The notes: a model not told the origin generated them from the letters alone. Positions 1 to 10,324 are shown, counted from the first letter of the stretch. The stretch is DNA of 30,939 nt from Tubiluchus corallicola (GCA_030141605.1 JAQGDQ010001646.1:1-30939), one strand, 5' to 3'. Numbers and translations are program-made.

Positions 1-30
1 TCATCGAGTGAAAGTATGAAAAGATTCACC

Positions 31-132
31 TACAGCTAAACCCTTTTATACCGTCTACTTTGGGACTGCAAAAAAGTTGGAGTTTTAGCGAGTTTGGCTT
101 TGTAAAGGGGATGTTATAACGAGGTTTGACTC
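31..132. mobile_element. Degenerate pogo/Tigger-like (Tc1/mariner superfamily) MITE remnant
   Basis: GTTATAACGAGGTTTGACT at ~113-131 is the reverse complement of a (C)AGTCAAACCTCGTTATAAC-type terminus of pogo/Tigger-like MITEs. A weak partner, TACAGCTAAACCCTTTTATAC, lies at 31-51. No intact TA duplication on the right. Confidence 0.35.
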
Positions 133-287
133 AGGGATGTTACTGAAATGAAGTTTTGATTTCGATTTGCCGATAATTACTCTGAAATTAATTAAATTTC
201 CTAACGGAAATATTGGATAATTTCCGGTAGCATTTTTCCCAGATTTTACTAGTATTTTTCCAATTTGCCTTTTCTTTTCTCCTAGAT

Positions 288-770
288 ACAGATAAGTCTA
301 CAGGCATCTACTCTTCTGGTGCCTCTCTACTAGTGTCTCCTAAAGTTCACGGTTTGATCACTAGAGGTGATCTCAACGACAGATAAGTCTACAAGCATCT
401 AATCTTCTGGTGCCTCTCTACTAGTGTCTCCTAAAGTTCACGGTTTGATCACTAGAGGTGATCTCAACGACAGATAAGTCTACAAGCATCTAATCTTCTG
501 GTGCCTGTACTAGTGTCTCCTAAAGTTCACAGTTTGATCACTAGAGGTGATCTCAACACGACAGATAAGTCTACAGGCATCTACTCTTCTGGTGCCTCTA
601 CTAGTGTCTCCTAAAGTTCACAGTTTGATCACTAGAGGTGATCTCAACGACAGATAAGTCTACAAGCATCTACTCTTCTGTTCCCTCTACTAGTGTCTCC
701 TAAGGTTCACAGTTTGATCACTAGAGGTGATCTCAACACGACAGATAAGTCTACGGGCATCTACTCTTCT
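288..770 (+). repeat. 89/91-bp minisatellite array A1 (~5.3 units)
   Basis: Unit ACAGATAAGTCTACAGGCATCTACTCTTCTGGTGCCTC(TC)TACTAGTGTCTCCTAAAGTTCACRGTTTGATCACTAGAGGTGATCTCAAC(AC)G starts at 288, 379, 470, 561, 650 and 741. Contains an internal hairpin GATCAC-TAGAG-GTGATC. Confidence 0.97.
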
Positions 771-1137
771 GTTGCTGTACTGTTGTTCTTACAGCTGCTG
801 TGTTGTTTTTGTTGCTGTTGCTGTTTTACTGTTGCTGTTGCTGCTCTTGTTCTTCTCGACCACTTCGTTGTAATTTAACTCATCCTAGAATTTGCTGTGG
901 CGTCTCTATTAGATCCACTTCATTGTGCACCCATTGAAAAGAATTGAATTTTACACAATTCAATTTGAGGGCGTATCCATGTTAATCTAGAGAAGAATGG
1001 GGTGGCGTACAGTATGGAAATTATAAGCGCTTTGAGGCTAAAATGACGTTTCTTAGACGCCAAAAGCGCATCTGAGTTGCATATATATATATTTATGATT
1101 GATATTACCTAGTAATTTAGATATTTTCTCAGTTTAG

Positions 1138-1268
1138 TGTGGTCTAGAGCCGCATTTCTGTGGTCTGGAGCCGCCTTTCTGTGGTCTGGAGCCGCCTTTC
1201 TGTGTTCTGGAGCCGCCTTTCTGTGGTCTGGAGCCGCCTTTCTGTGGTCTGGAGCCGCCTTTCTGTGG
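1138..1268 (+). repeat. 21-bp minisatellite (~6 units)
   Basis: TGTGGTCTGGAGCCGCCTTTC repeated from 1138 with period 21. Explains the VWSRLSV repeat of ORF 1160..1489. Confidence 0.97.
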
Positions 1269-1917
1269 CCGCCAAAGCTGAAGAATTGTTGTTAAATATT
1301 TGCAAGCTCGTTACATTCCACTTGCAACACTTCAGCTGTGGATACTTCCACCCATTAAACCAGCTCCCGGGAAGAAAATCTAGAACTCAAGCTCAGAAAA
1401 TTCCGATTCACAGTCTTGCGTTTCATGCATCATACACAGTGTTGCGTTTCAGGTCTAACGTACAGTCTAGTCCCAGTCTGACTGACTGACTCAAGAGCCT
1501 GATTGTTATCATAATAACGTAAAGAATGGCTAAGCCCTAGCTTTCTGTCAGCAGCACTACGAGTAAACGTTTTTTATCAGAGTTGACAGGATATTCCCAC
1601 GGGCTGGTTCACACCGTCGCACGTCTTAGCAAATACGAAGTGAGTGAGGAGGAATTTTTGCGCAACGCCAGAAGACGGATCGTGTTGGTTTGCTTTGATG
1701 TGTTGAAAGCTCTATAGCTTTAAGCTTTTTAGCGTGCTAAACTGCATAATAATTAGGCGAGGTTGCTCGAGTCTTTCCACACACGTTGAAACGTGTAATA
1801 GCTGGGAAAGTAATGTTCGTGGGATCATAAAGAATGTTTTATATAAGTTATATAAGTTTATTTATTTCTACTCTGCATCTAACAGTTATAATAAAAATAC
1901 AGATAATTTCACTGAAG

Positions 1918-2423
1918 TAAATATAAATATAAATATAAATGCAATATTATCCAGAAATTACAAAAAAGATTCTTATGCAGCATATACATGTGCAAATTAC
2001 ATTACGGAATAATTTTGATGCATACAGTTTGAGCCTAAAAGCATAGCTTGACAGGCCAAACTGTACGTGGAAATCTTAAAGAAGTGATCAATAATTGAAA
2101 TAATCATAATGTATACATAAAAGTGGGGGGGGGCGTGAATGAAAGATGAAATGGAGCGAGAACTAAGAAAAACTGTGATCATGATTATAAAGTGTTCAGT
2201 AACCTGTTGAGCATAGTCACGTTATATTAAGATTACTGTGGAAAAAGAATGCAGGTTATTACCATTATCAGACTGTGTTACTCTCAATACTTTTAAAATA
2301 TTTCTTTTCTGACAGCTTTTTTAAAAGTTGAAGGGGAGTGACTACATTTTGAATTGCGGTTTAGTCTATTCCATAGGACTGGTCCCATATAGCTAATGAA
2401 ATGTTTCGCCATATTTGTTATTA
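1918..2423 (-). mobile_element. 3' fragment of a CR1/L2-group non-LTR retrotransposon (ORF2 C-terminus + 3' UTR)
   Basis: Minus frame 2293..2478 ends TNMAKHFISYMGPVLWNRLNRNSKCSHSPSTFKKAVRK, matching the SFxYxGPxLWNxL...SxxxFKxxLK C-terminal signature of CR1/L2-group ORF2. It is followed by a 3' UTR hairpin (GGCCTGTCAAGCTATGCTTTTAGGCTC, 2031-2057) and a short ATTTAT-repeat tail near 1918-1940. Confidence 0.8.
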
Positions 2424-2627
2424 TGTAACTGTTTATTAAGCCCTCAGTCTGTACATCATTTATTATTTGAATGTACATTAGTAAACCAAGCCAAAAGAAA
2501 TGATTTTATTAGCACTCTGCCTACATTAGATTCGGACTATGTTTTCTCTAGCCGGGATAATAATGCTATAAATGCTTTTGCAAATCTTATCTCGGATGAA
2601 TTCCTATCGTCTTTTGCCCGTATATAA
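2424..2627 (+). pseudogene. C-terminal CCHC zinc-knuckle fragment of a non-LTR retrotransposon ORF2
   Basis: CNCLLSPQSVHHLLFEC fits the C-x(1-3)-C-x(7-8)-H-x4-C motif downstream of RT in many non-LTR clades; stop at 2627. It is followed by TG-rich UTR-like sequence and a possible (TAAA)n tail at 3222-3245. Confidence 0.65.
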
Positions 2628-3012
2628 ACAGTCTGTTGGTGATGAAATTTTTACAACTCTCGTCGTGTTTTCTATATGCTGTTTATATTTATGATTATGT
2701 GAATTTACATTAGAATTGGTAGTTATGTTTATTATAATTGTACTCGCTGTTTTTCGTTGTGTATAATGTGTGTAAATTTTTGTTACTAAGTATTAAAATA
2801 TGTTCGTCATCTTTTATTATGCACGTATGTATGTAGTGTTGGATTTGTAACTATGTCTATTGTATATGATCGTTGTCGTTCAATGTGTCTCATGCGTTGG
2901 ATTCTAAATTATATGTATATGTGAATAGGTTGAATACGTTGTAAATGCTTTTAGAAATTTTAAACATATCCTTACAAGTAGAGATAATGTATTCTGTACA
3001 TAGTTTTTAAAA

Positions 3013-3086
3013 AATAAATAATAATAATAATAATAATTAATAATGATGATGATAATAATAATAACAATAATAATGATAATAATAAT
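3013..3086. repeat. (AAT/GAT)n microsatellite
   Basis: Direct reading of interrupted AAT triplets. Confidence 0.9.
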
Positions 3087-3526
3087 AGACACATGTAAAC
3101 AGTTAATCTCTTTGTGTCTTAACCACACTCTTGTAAATATTGTATTTGTATGTCATTTGCCAAGGTGTTTTATATTGTATTGTCTTTATTGTAGGTTGTA
3201 TTTTGGTATTGGGTGTGAAGAAAATAAATAAATAAATAAATAAAATTACGAACATTTATATGAATTATGACAAAAACTTCAATACACATGTCGAAAACGA
3301 ATATTAGAAGAATGTAATCAAGTATACATCAGAGGGTTATTAAAAGTTGAATAGTCACTAATCTTGGCTGAATCGGTGATTTCAAGGGCTCATGGTTGCC
3401 ATCAGGGTTAGAAATCGTGTAGGGTTGCCATTCGAGAGATACTTCCGCCTCGGGTATGGATTTCAGCCGGATACGATACGCTGCCTGAGTATTCCATGAA
3501 AATTACCAGCATTTGTGCATCTTTAA

Positions 3527-3928
3527 AGCAAAACCGGATCAAATCTTAAACTGTAGGTCAAAACAATCTACTCTTTAAAATATTGAAAGGAAACTTGCTA
3601 TTTTTTCAAAAATGACTTACGTCAAAGAATTGTTACCAGACAAACCCAATTTCACGCTTTACGTAAATTTGAAATTTAAATTTTCATCTTAAAACTTGCC
3701 AAGTTTTAGTACAACACACTGAATATCTTACAGTAGCAATGTACTTGGAATATTTTTGCTGTCGAAAATTATGTTAGTTTGTGATGTCATCAATAGTTGG
3801 GCTCGCCTGCCATTAATTAAGTTTTTATCTTTCATTTTATTATCAGAAACGCTTTTGAAGTATCATTGGTGTTAGAATGTATACTTTTTACTGAACTTGA
3901 AAATGGGATAGTATAGAAAAATCTTCCT
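3527..3928 (+). mobile_element. Kolobok-like MITE family K1, internally deleted copy
   Basis: TTAA (3523-3526) then AGCAAAACCGGA...TCTTCCT. Aligns by eye with 11196-11812 and the reverse complement of 26292-26867, lacking ~170-180 bp of the centre after CAATTTCACG. Confidence 0.75.
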
Positions 3929-4416
3929 TTACTAAAACCAGCAACAAAAAGAAATTTTTATACTGGTAACAGTCATCAACACATTCCTCAATTTCGGAAA
4001 CGTTTTTTAATAGTTGTAACTGGAACAAAAAGGTTTCCCGTGTACACTTTTGATTCAGCTCTGATTTTGCTCAATGGTTCAACTGTTCCCTTGCACGCTG
4101 AACAAATGCTTATATTTCAACATATACGCGCGAAAAGACCACCCATTTTGGAAGTACATTAACGGTTGCACGAAAAGTATTAAAAGTGGTAACGGGTTTA
4201 CGTCACATCCGGTTACCTAGGAACCCCATTTCGTTCGTCCGGTTAACCACAGACTCGAAACCGCTTTGAAAGATGCTTGTTTGATCAATATAGATGAAAA
4301 AAGAAACAGTTTGAGAGCGTTATCTGCCAATATTTGCACTCTGTGTGAGTATAATGACACATATTCGATCCAGTAAAAGAGTTGCCTTGTAACGTTTTAA
4401 AAAGCTATATGGTAAC

Positions 4417-5744
4417 CCTCTAGTGATCAAACTGTGAACTTTAGGAGACACTAGTAGAGGCACCAGACGGGCAGATGCCTGTAGACTTATCTGTCGTTGA
4501 GATCACCTCTAGTGATCAAACTGTGAACCTTAGGAGACACTAGTAGAGGCAACAGAAGAGTAGATGCCTGTAGACTTATCTGTTGTTGAGATCACCGCTA
4601 GTGATCAAACTGTGAACCTTAGGAGACACTAGTAGAGGCAACAGAAGAGTAGATGCTTGTAGACTTTCTGTCGTTGAGATCACCTCTAGTGATCAAACCG
4701 TGAACCTTAGGAGACACTAGTAGAGGCAACAGAAGAGTAGATGCTTGTAGACTTATCTGTCGTTGAGATCACCTCTAGTGATCAAACTGTGAACTTTAGG
4801 AGACACTAGTAGAGGCACCAGAAGAGTAGATGCCCGTAGACTTATCTGTCGTGTTGAGATCACCTCTAGTGATCAAACTGTGAACCTTAGGAGACACTAG
4901 TAGAGGGAACAGAAGAGTAGATGCTTGTAGACTTATCTGTCGTTGAGATCACCTCTAGTGATCAAACTGTGAACTTTAGGAGACACTAGTAGAGGCACCA
5001 GAAGAGTAGATGCCCGTAGACTTATCTGTCGTGTTGAGATCACCTCTAGTGATCAAACTGTGAACCTTAGGAGACACTAGTAGAGGGAACAGAAGAGTAG
5101 ATGCTTGTAGACTTATCTGTCGTTGAGATCACCTCTAGTGATCAAACTGTGAACTTTAGGAGACACTAGTAGAGGCACCAGAAGAGTAGATGCCTGTAGA
5201 CTTATCTGTCGTGTTGAGATCACCTCTAGTGATCAAACCGTGAACTTTAGGAGACACTAGTAGAGAGGCACTAGAAGAGTAGATGCTTGTAGACTTATCT
5301 GTCGTTGAGATCACCTCTAGTGATCAAACCGTGAACTTTAGGAGACACTAGTAGAGAGGCACCAGAAGAGTAGATGCCTGTAGACTTATCTGTCTTTGAG
5401 ATCACCTCTAGTGATCAAACCGTGAACTTTAGGAGACACTAGTAGAGGCACCAGAAGATTAGATGCTTGTAGACTTATCTGTCGTTGAGATCACCTCTAG
5501 TGATCAAACTGTGAACTTTAGGAGACACTAGTAGAGAGGCACTAGAAGAGTAGATGCCTGCAGACTTATCTGTCTTTGAGATCACCTCTAGTGATCAAAC
5601 TGTGAACTTTAGGAGACACTAGTAGAGAGGCACCAGAAGAATAGATGCTTGTAGACGTATCTGTCGTTGAGATCACCTCTAGTGATCAAACCGTGAACTT
5701 TAGGAGACACTAGTAGAGAGGCACCAGAAGATTAGATGCTTGTA
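4417..5744 (-). repeat. 89/91-bp minisatellite array A2 (~15 units), reverse orientation to A1
   Basis: Reverse complement of the A1 unit. Identical 60-mers at 4741, 4921 and 5101 show a 180-bp (89+91) higher-order period. Confidence 0.97.
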
Positions 5745-5802
5745 TGATTGATTTCTCTCATTGAGATCAGCTGAGTTCCTTCAAAGAAAGCTGCATATTT
5801 GA

Positions 5803-6862
5803 TATCAGAAATACATGGGTTACCTACTGGTGCAATTTCATTAGCGGATGCTACATTTTCCCTTTTAGTCGTAGAGATAGTGTGGTATGAATTAAGGTGT
5901 GTTGGTGTCCTCATAAGTCATAAGTCATTTATTTCACATTACACATTTACAGTAATTTTATGTACAATATATAGTGAAAGGGCCTGCAATGAACATAAGA
6001 CAAATAAGTTTTTATTGTTTCTGCACAAGAAAAGCCTCACACACTGTTCACCTGTATACAAATGTAAATGTGTTGCGGGCAATCAAAAAGCAGGGCTTGT
6101 TAGTTTGTCCCACACTGTGAAGGAAAAAAAAGTAATGAAAATAATCTGAAAATTTGAAGTGAATCGTATGATAAAGAAAACGTTTAGTACTTCAAAATGG
6201 AATGATATAATAAATGAAGCTCATATATGAGATGATATAAAAGATAGAAAGACTATTATTTGTTAATAGTATGTAAAATTAAGATAACTTGATTAAGATA
6301 ACACCACTGTTTTGCGACCACTGTGAGGATGGATACTGATGACAGTAAAAAAATCCAGTTTTTTCTCGGGATTCTTCTCGAAATAAATCTTGTTTTTTTT
6401 CTTCGGGCTTCTTATCTGTGAAATTCTCTACCACAAAACTGTTGCTCTGAAGATTACGGCCTCAACCAATTCAAGAATGTCAATAGTACTCTGTCAGTAA
6501 CAGGGCAGTTATGTGAAGGTTTCCACTTTCTCCAACTTGTATTCACTTTTTTGGCCATTTAGCTCATATGTTATTATAAATTATCAAATCATTTGATTTA
6601 TCAGAAATAAATTAAACACAGAAAGTAGCCTCTGCTCTTGAGTGCCTGTCGGCTTGTATGGCGCGAATAATATATAAAATAATATTCAATGATATTTTTC
6701 TTCCTCGATTTCATGTTTTTGTTTTAGCGTAGCAATTATGTAATTTTGTAAAATTGCATGTAATGGAATTATCTCTTCCACTAAAAGAGAAAACGCAGCA
6801 TCCACTAATGAAATTACACCTGTAGAGAAGCAGCATGTGCAGGTAAACAATGTATGATTGAT
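5803..6862. repeat. Diverged inverted repeat pair (5803-5879 / 6770-6862)
   Basis: CTACTGGTGCAATTTCATTAGCGGATGCTACATTTTCCCTTTTAGTCGTAGAGATA (5824-5879) vs the reverse complement of 6770-6825, CTACAGGTGTAATTTCATTAGTGGATGCTGCGTTTTCTCTTTTAGTGGAAGAGATA. Similarity extends ~20 bp further outward across an indel. Confidence 0.8.
6108..6199 (+). repeat. Dispersed repeat fragment, homologous to 26201-26286
   Basis: CCACACTGTGAAGGAAAAAAAAGTAATGAAAATAATCTGAAAATTTGAAGTGAATCGT...TAGTACTTCAAAATG vs CACACAGTGATAGAAAAAAAGAAATGGAGATAATCTGAAAATTTAAAATGAATCGT...TAGTGCTTAAAATG. Confidence 0.7.
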
Positions 6863-7008
6863 GAGGTTACCTAGGTGTCCACTTTTACAGACGCCATTAT
6901 GCTGCTCCACGTATCGATTCTAAACAACTCAGGTGTAGTACCTACCTGGATTCATTGCTTACCTGTAGAACATTAGCCAGGTGAATGGCACACCTGTAAA
7001 CATACCTG
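6817..7008. promoter_or_regulatory. Homotypic cluster of CAGGT(A/G) motifs (candidate enhancer/silencer)
   Basis: Eight exact CAGGTR/YACCTG hexamers at 6817, 6840, 6930, 6943, 6960, 6978, 6991 and 7003, on both strands, in non-tandem sequence. Function is inferred only. Confidence 0.4.
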
Positions 7009-7493
7009 CAGAGTTGATTATCACCACGCGACCGGTAAGGAAAGGTAACTAAACAGGAACGTTCTCTACACAGTGAGATTTTTGTAGTAAAACTGCTTTG
7101 GCTTGTGTCATGGAGCTGACCTCTTCCATTTTGGCACCTTCGCAGCAACCCGTGACTGCGTCCGCCCCTCGCTTATTAGTTGAAATCATGTCACGGTGGT
7201 AATTGATAGTCGCAAATCAATTGAGCGATGCACTCGTGTTTAAATATGTAACAGACAAGGGCATCTATTCTGGAATCAGAATTGTTGTTGTTGCTGTTGG
7301 CACGCAGGCAATAGAACCTCTCTTCACACAATGGGAACAATCCAGCCACGTATCATTGTTGCTGTCACAGGTGTTACATCTCACAGACCTATTAACTCCC
7401 ATTGATCAATAATTGCTTACGAATACTTATTAATGAACAAGGCAATTAATCGATTAACTGGTTGATTGAATAATGTGTGTAAGTTTCGATTAA

Positions 7494-7951
7494 CCCTTTC
7501 ATATCCGTTGCATCCCGTGGGATACGAGAATATTTTCTGCCTTTAAATTTAATAAAATTTTAAAACTGACAGTTATTTGATCTGTTAATAGTTATTTTGA
7601 TTTAAGGCAATAACAATAGACTAAAATGGTGATAAAATGGCAAACTAGAAAATCTACATAGCATAAAAAACTGCGCAAGGTACAGTACTTTAGAGACGAC
7701 TTTGTACAGATCAGCATAGCATGCATACTAAATGTCTTAAATACTTTAAAAAATTATCAGCAGTTGCAAAATGAAGCACATTTTATGCTTCCATTGAATC
7801 CCCATGTATCCCGTGGGATACCAGCTATATTTAGCACGCGGGCACAGGTAGAAAAAAATAATTATTATGTGTAAACAAGATGGACGTACTGAACAAAAGT
7901 ACCAAGCCAAAAATTTGTTTCTTATTAAAAAATAATTTGGGACTGAATGGG
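7494..7951 (+). mobile_element. piggyBac-like non-autonomous MITE, copy 1 (458 bp)
   Basis: TTAA (7490-7493) CCCTTTCA...TGAATGGG TTAA (7952-7955). CCC/GGG ends with a TTAA duplication are the piggyBac hallmark. An internal near-palindrome, ATCCCGTGGGATAC, occurs twice. A near-identical copy lies at 27265-27721. Confidence 0.9.
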
Positions 7952-8033
7952 TTAACACTTTCAACCAGTTTTTGCATACTCTACGTCTATTAGTTTTTCG
8001 TATTTTCCATAGCTGTTATTGTGTTTTCGTTTT

Positions 8034-8405
8034 AATCAATTAGTCAATCAATTTATTTCACTCCAGCAATACATATACAATACATCAACATACAATATTA
8101 TTGAAACAAAAAGAAACAGTATAGGTAAAAAACGTTGATGAAGTCAAATTAACCAAGTAAAAGAGTTGCTGTATGACACCTTCAAAGCTTGGCTTGTTAA
8201 GGTGGCACAAATGAGTGAATGAAAGAATGGTTAAGGTTAGTAGACATGATGGAATGGAAAAAAAAGTAAAATTAGGGATAGGAAGAAGGAAGGGAGGGAA
8301 GGATGAGTGAATGAAAGAAAGGTTAGGGTTAGAAGAAATGATAGAATGGAAAAAATAGCAAGATTTGGGATAGGAAGAAGGAAAAGAGGAGAAGAAACGA
8401 CCACA
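8034..8405 (-). mobile_element. Retroposon-like element (CR1/L2-type 3' end) carrying 2 units of a 91-bp purine-rich repeat, copy 1
   Basis: Minus strand ends AATAAATTGATTGACTAATTGATT with an upstream hairpin CACCTTAACAAGCCAAGCTTTGAAGGTG. Colinear with 12204-13152. Confidence 0.65.
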
Positions 8406-8760
8406 GTGTATGTTTAATTTACATGGAGGTATATTAAAATAGCATTATAATTGATTGGAGGCCATATATTGGGACTGCATGAGGCATGGAAGCATTAAAA
8501 TTGTATTATAAGTATGAATCCAAAATGGTCCTTTTCAAGTACTTTTTGAAACTATAAATAGTTTTGTGTATTTTTACTTCGGCGCTTATTTTATTCCAGT
8601 TATTATATTCCACTAACTGAATTTTAATGAGTTTGATAACTAATTGCATCATTTTATCCTAATAGGGGCTTAAGAGGAAATTTATCAAATGATTCGGTTC
8701 TTATAGTTTGAACCTAGGTAATAAACTCACTGGTAACAAAACACTGGAAAAAAGAATTAT

Positions 8761-8783
8761 CCCTAACCCTAACCCTATCCCTA
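8761..8783. repeat. Short interstitial (CCCTAA)n-like tract
   Basis: CCCTAACCCTAACCCTATCCCTA. Confidence 0.6.
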
Positions 8784-9249
8784 TGCATATTGATCATAAC
8801 ATGATTTTTTGACGTGCATGTAATGCTGTCATATGTACATAGTGTTACCAATATGTGCTAATCATGTATTGCCAATTAATAACTGATTTAAAATATTTTA
8901 TGTTTTGTTATTTTAATTGTTTATGGTACATGAATAAATTGCGACTGACTTGAATATTTTTGTTTTGTTACCTGATTTTTTTTCCTAGCCAAAATTTTGG
9001 CTTTTATTGCGAACACCATAAACTAATTGTGACTTTTTCCTGTGATTTTATTACCTGTCCCTTGAATTTTTGCATCACTTCAATTTCTTTGCTATTAGTT
9101 AACCCTCTTTTGCCATCGTAGCCAATATAACAGGATATTAAAAGCAGAATAATGTAAAAACAATAAAAAAATGGAACCTTATCGAATGTTGCACGCTGAT
9201 GACACAACGAGCAAACTTTGCTAGTTTTTATGAATACTCGCTACAATTA

Positions 9250-9797
9250 TTCGTGAATGTCATCTATGGTCATTGGCCACAGTGACAATGTGTGACGGGT
9301 GGCACGTTACCAAGTTGTTGCGGTGTTCGTGAATGTCATCTTTCGTCATTGGCCACAGTGACAATGTGTGACGGGTTGCATGTTACCAAGTTCTTGCAGT
9401 TTTGTGAGTTGTTTATCTATGGTCATTGGTCACAGTGACAATGTGTGATGGGTTGCACGTTACCAAGTTCTTGCGGTTTGTGAGTTGTTCATCTATGGTC
9501 ATTGGTCACAGTGACAATGTGTGATGGGTTGCACGTTACCTAGTTCTTGCGGTTTGTGAGTTGTTCATCTATGGTCATTGGTCACAGTGACAATGTGTGA
9601 TGGGTTGCACGTTACCAAGTTCTTGCGGTGTCCGTGAATGTCATCTTTGGTCATTGGTCACAGCATCAATGTGTGACGGGTTGCACGTTACCAAGTTCTT
9701 GCGGTGTCCGTGAATGTCATCTTTGGTCATTGGTCACAGTGACAATGTGTGACGGGTTGCATGTTACCAAGTTGTTGCGGTATTGTGAGTTGTTATC
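9250..9797 (+). repeat. 76-bp minisatellite (~7 units)
   Basis: GGTCATTGG anchor at 9268, 9344, 9421, 9497, 9573, 9649 and 9725. Each unit has the hairpin CATTGGTCAC-A-GTGACAATG. Confidence 0.95.
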
Positions 9798-10324
9798 ACC
9801 GCGTGGGACAGGGGAAAGGGTGTGGCTGCACGCGATGTAGACTGGTGTATGACATGTTATGGTCTGAGGAATCTCTTAGAAGTTTTGCAAGTACACTGAC
9901 ATACATTGCTGACACTGATTCAAGGTCGGTACCACTGCAAAAACGAGTTCTTCTATCTAGTCTTCTTAACCTCGTGGTGCAATGTTAATAGCCTTCTGTA
10001 AACTGTGAAAAATGCCAGGATGGTGGGTTTAGCTGAAGCACAAAGGAAATGCACTAGCGTTTAATCTCTCTTACAATGGAATGTTGGTACTGATGAGTAT
10101 CTTGAACTTGTGAAGATGTTACGCTTTTTAGAGAACTTAATGTAGCGAAGTGATTTTGCGTACAAGTTTATTATGTAGTTAAGCTATAGTGAAGCACTCG
10201 TAAATGACAATAACTATTCCTCAGTTGTTCAGAATTGTTCTTAAGTAGTTCAAGAACTATAGTCGGAGAGTTTCTTCTAATTGCTACATTTATTTTTCGG
10301 TAGTTTATTATGTGGCGTTCAGAA

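Noticed and set aside
261-290. Splice-acceptor-like TTTTCTTTTCTCCTAG just before array A1
   Set aside because: The downstream array has 89/91-bp units with stops and no donor partner was identified. Such tracts are common in AT-rich DNA.
1601-1615. GGGCTGGTTCACAC resembling a PIF/Harbinger terminus
   Set aside because: No matching opposite end or TSD found.
3400-3435. TAGGGTTGCCA resembling a hAT terminus
   Set aside because: Single short match with no partner end or 8-bp TSD.
288-5744. CRISPR-like reading of the palindrome-containing 90-bp (and 76-bp) arrays
   Set aside because: Whole units are repeated with no unique spacers, there are no cas genes, and the context is eukaryotic.
8761-8783. 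Telomere or chromosome-fusion relic
   Set aside because: Fewer than four units and degenerate; too short to imply a telomeric origin.
9270-9760. CACAGTG (RSS heptamer) in the 76-bp units
   Set aside because: No ACAAAAACC-like nonamer at 12 or 23 bp. The heptamer is simply the centre of the unit hairpin.
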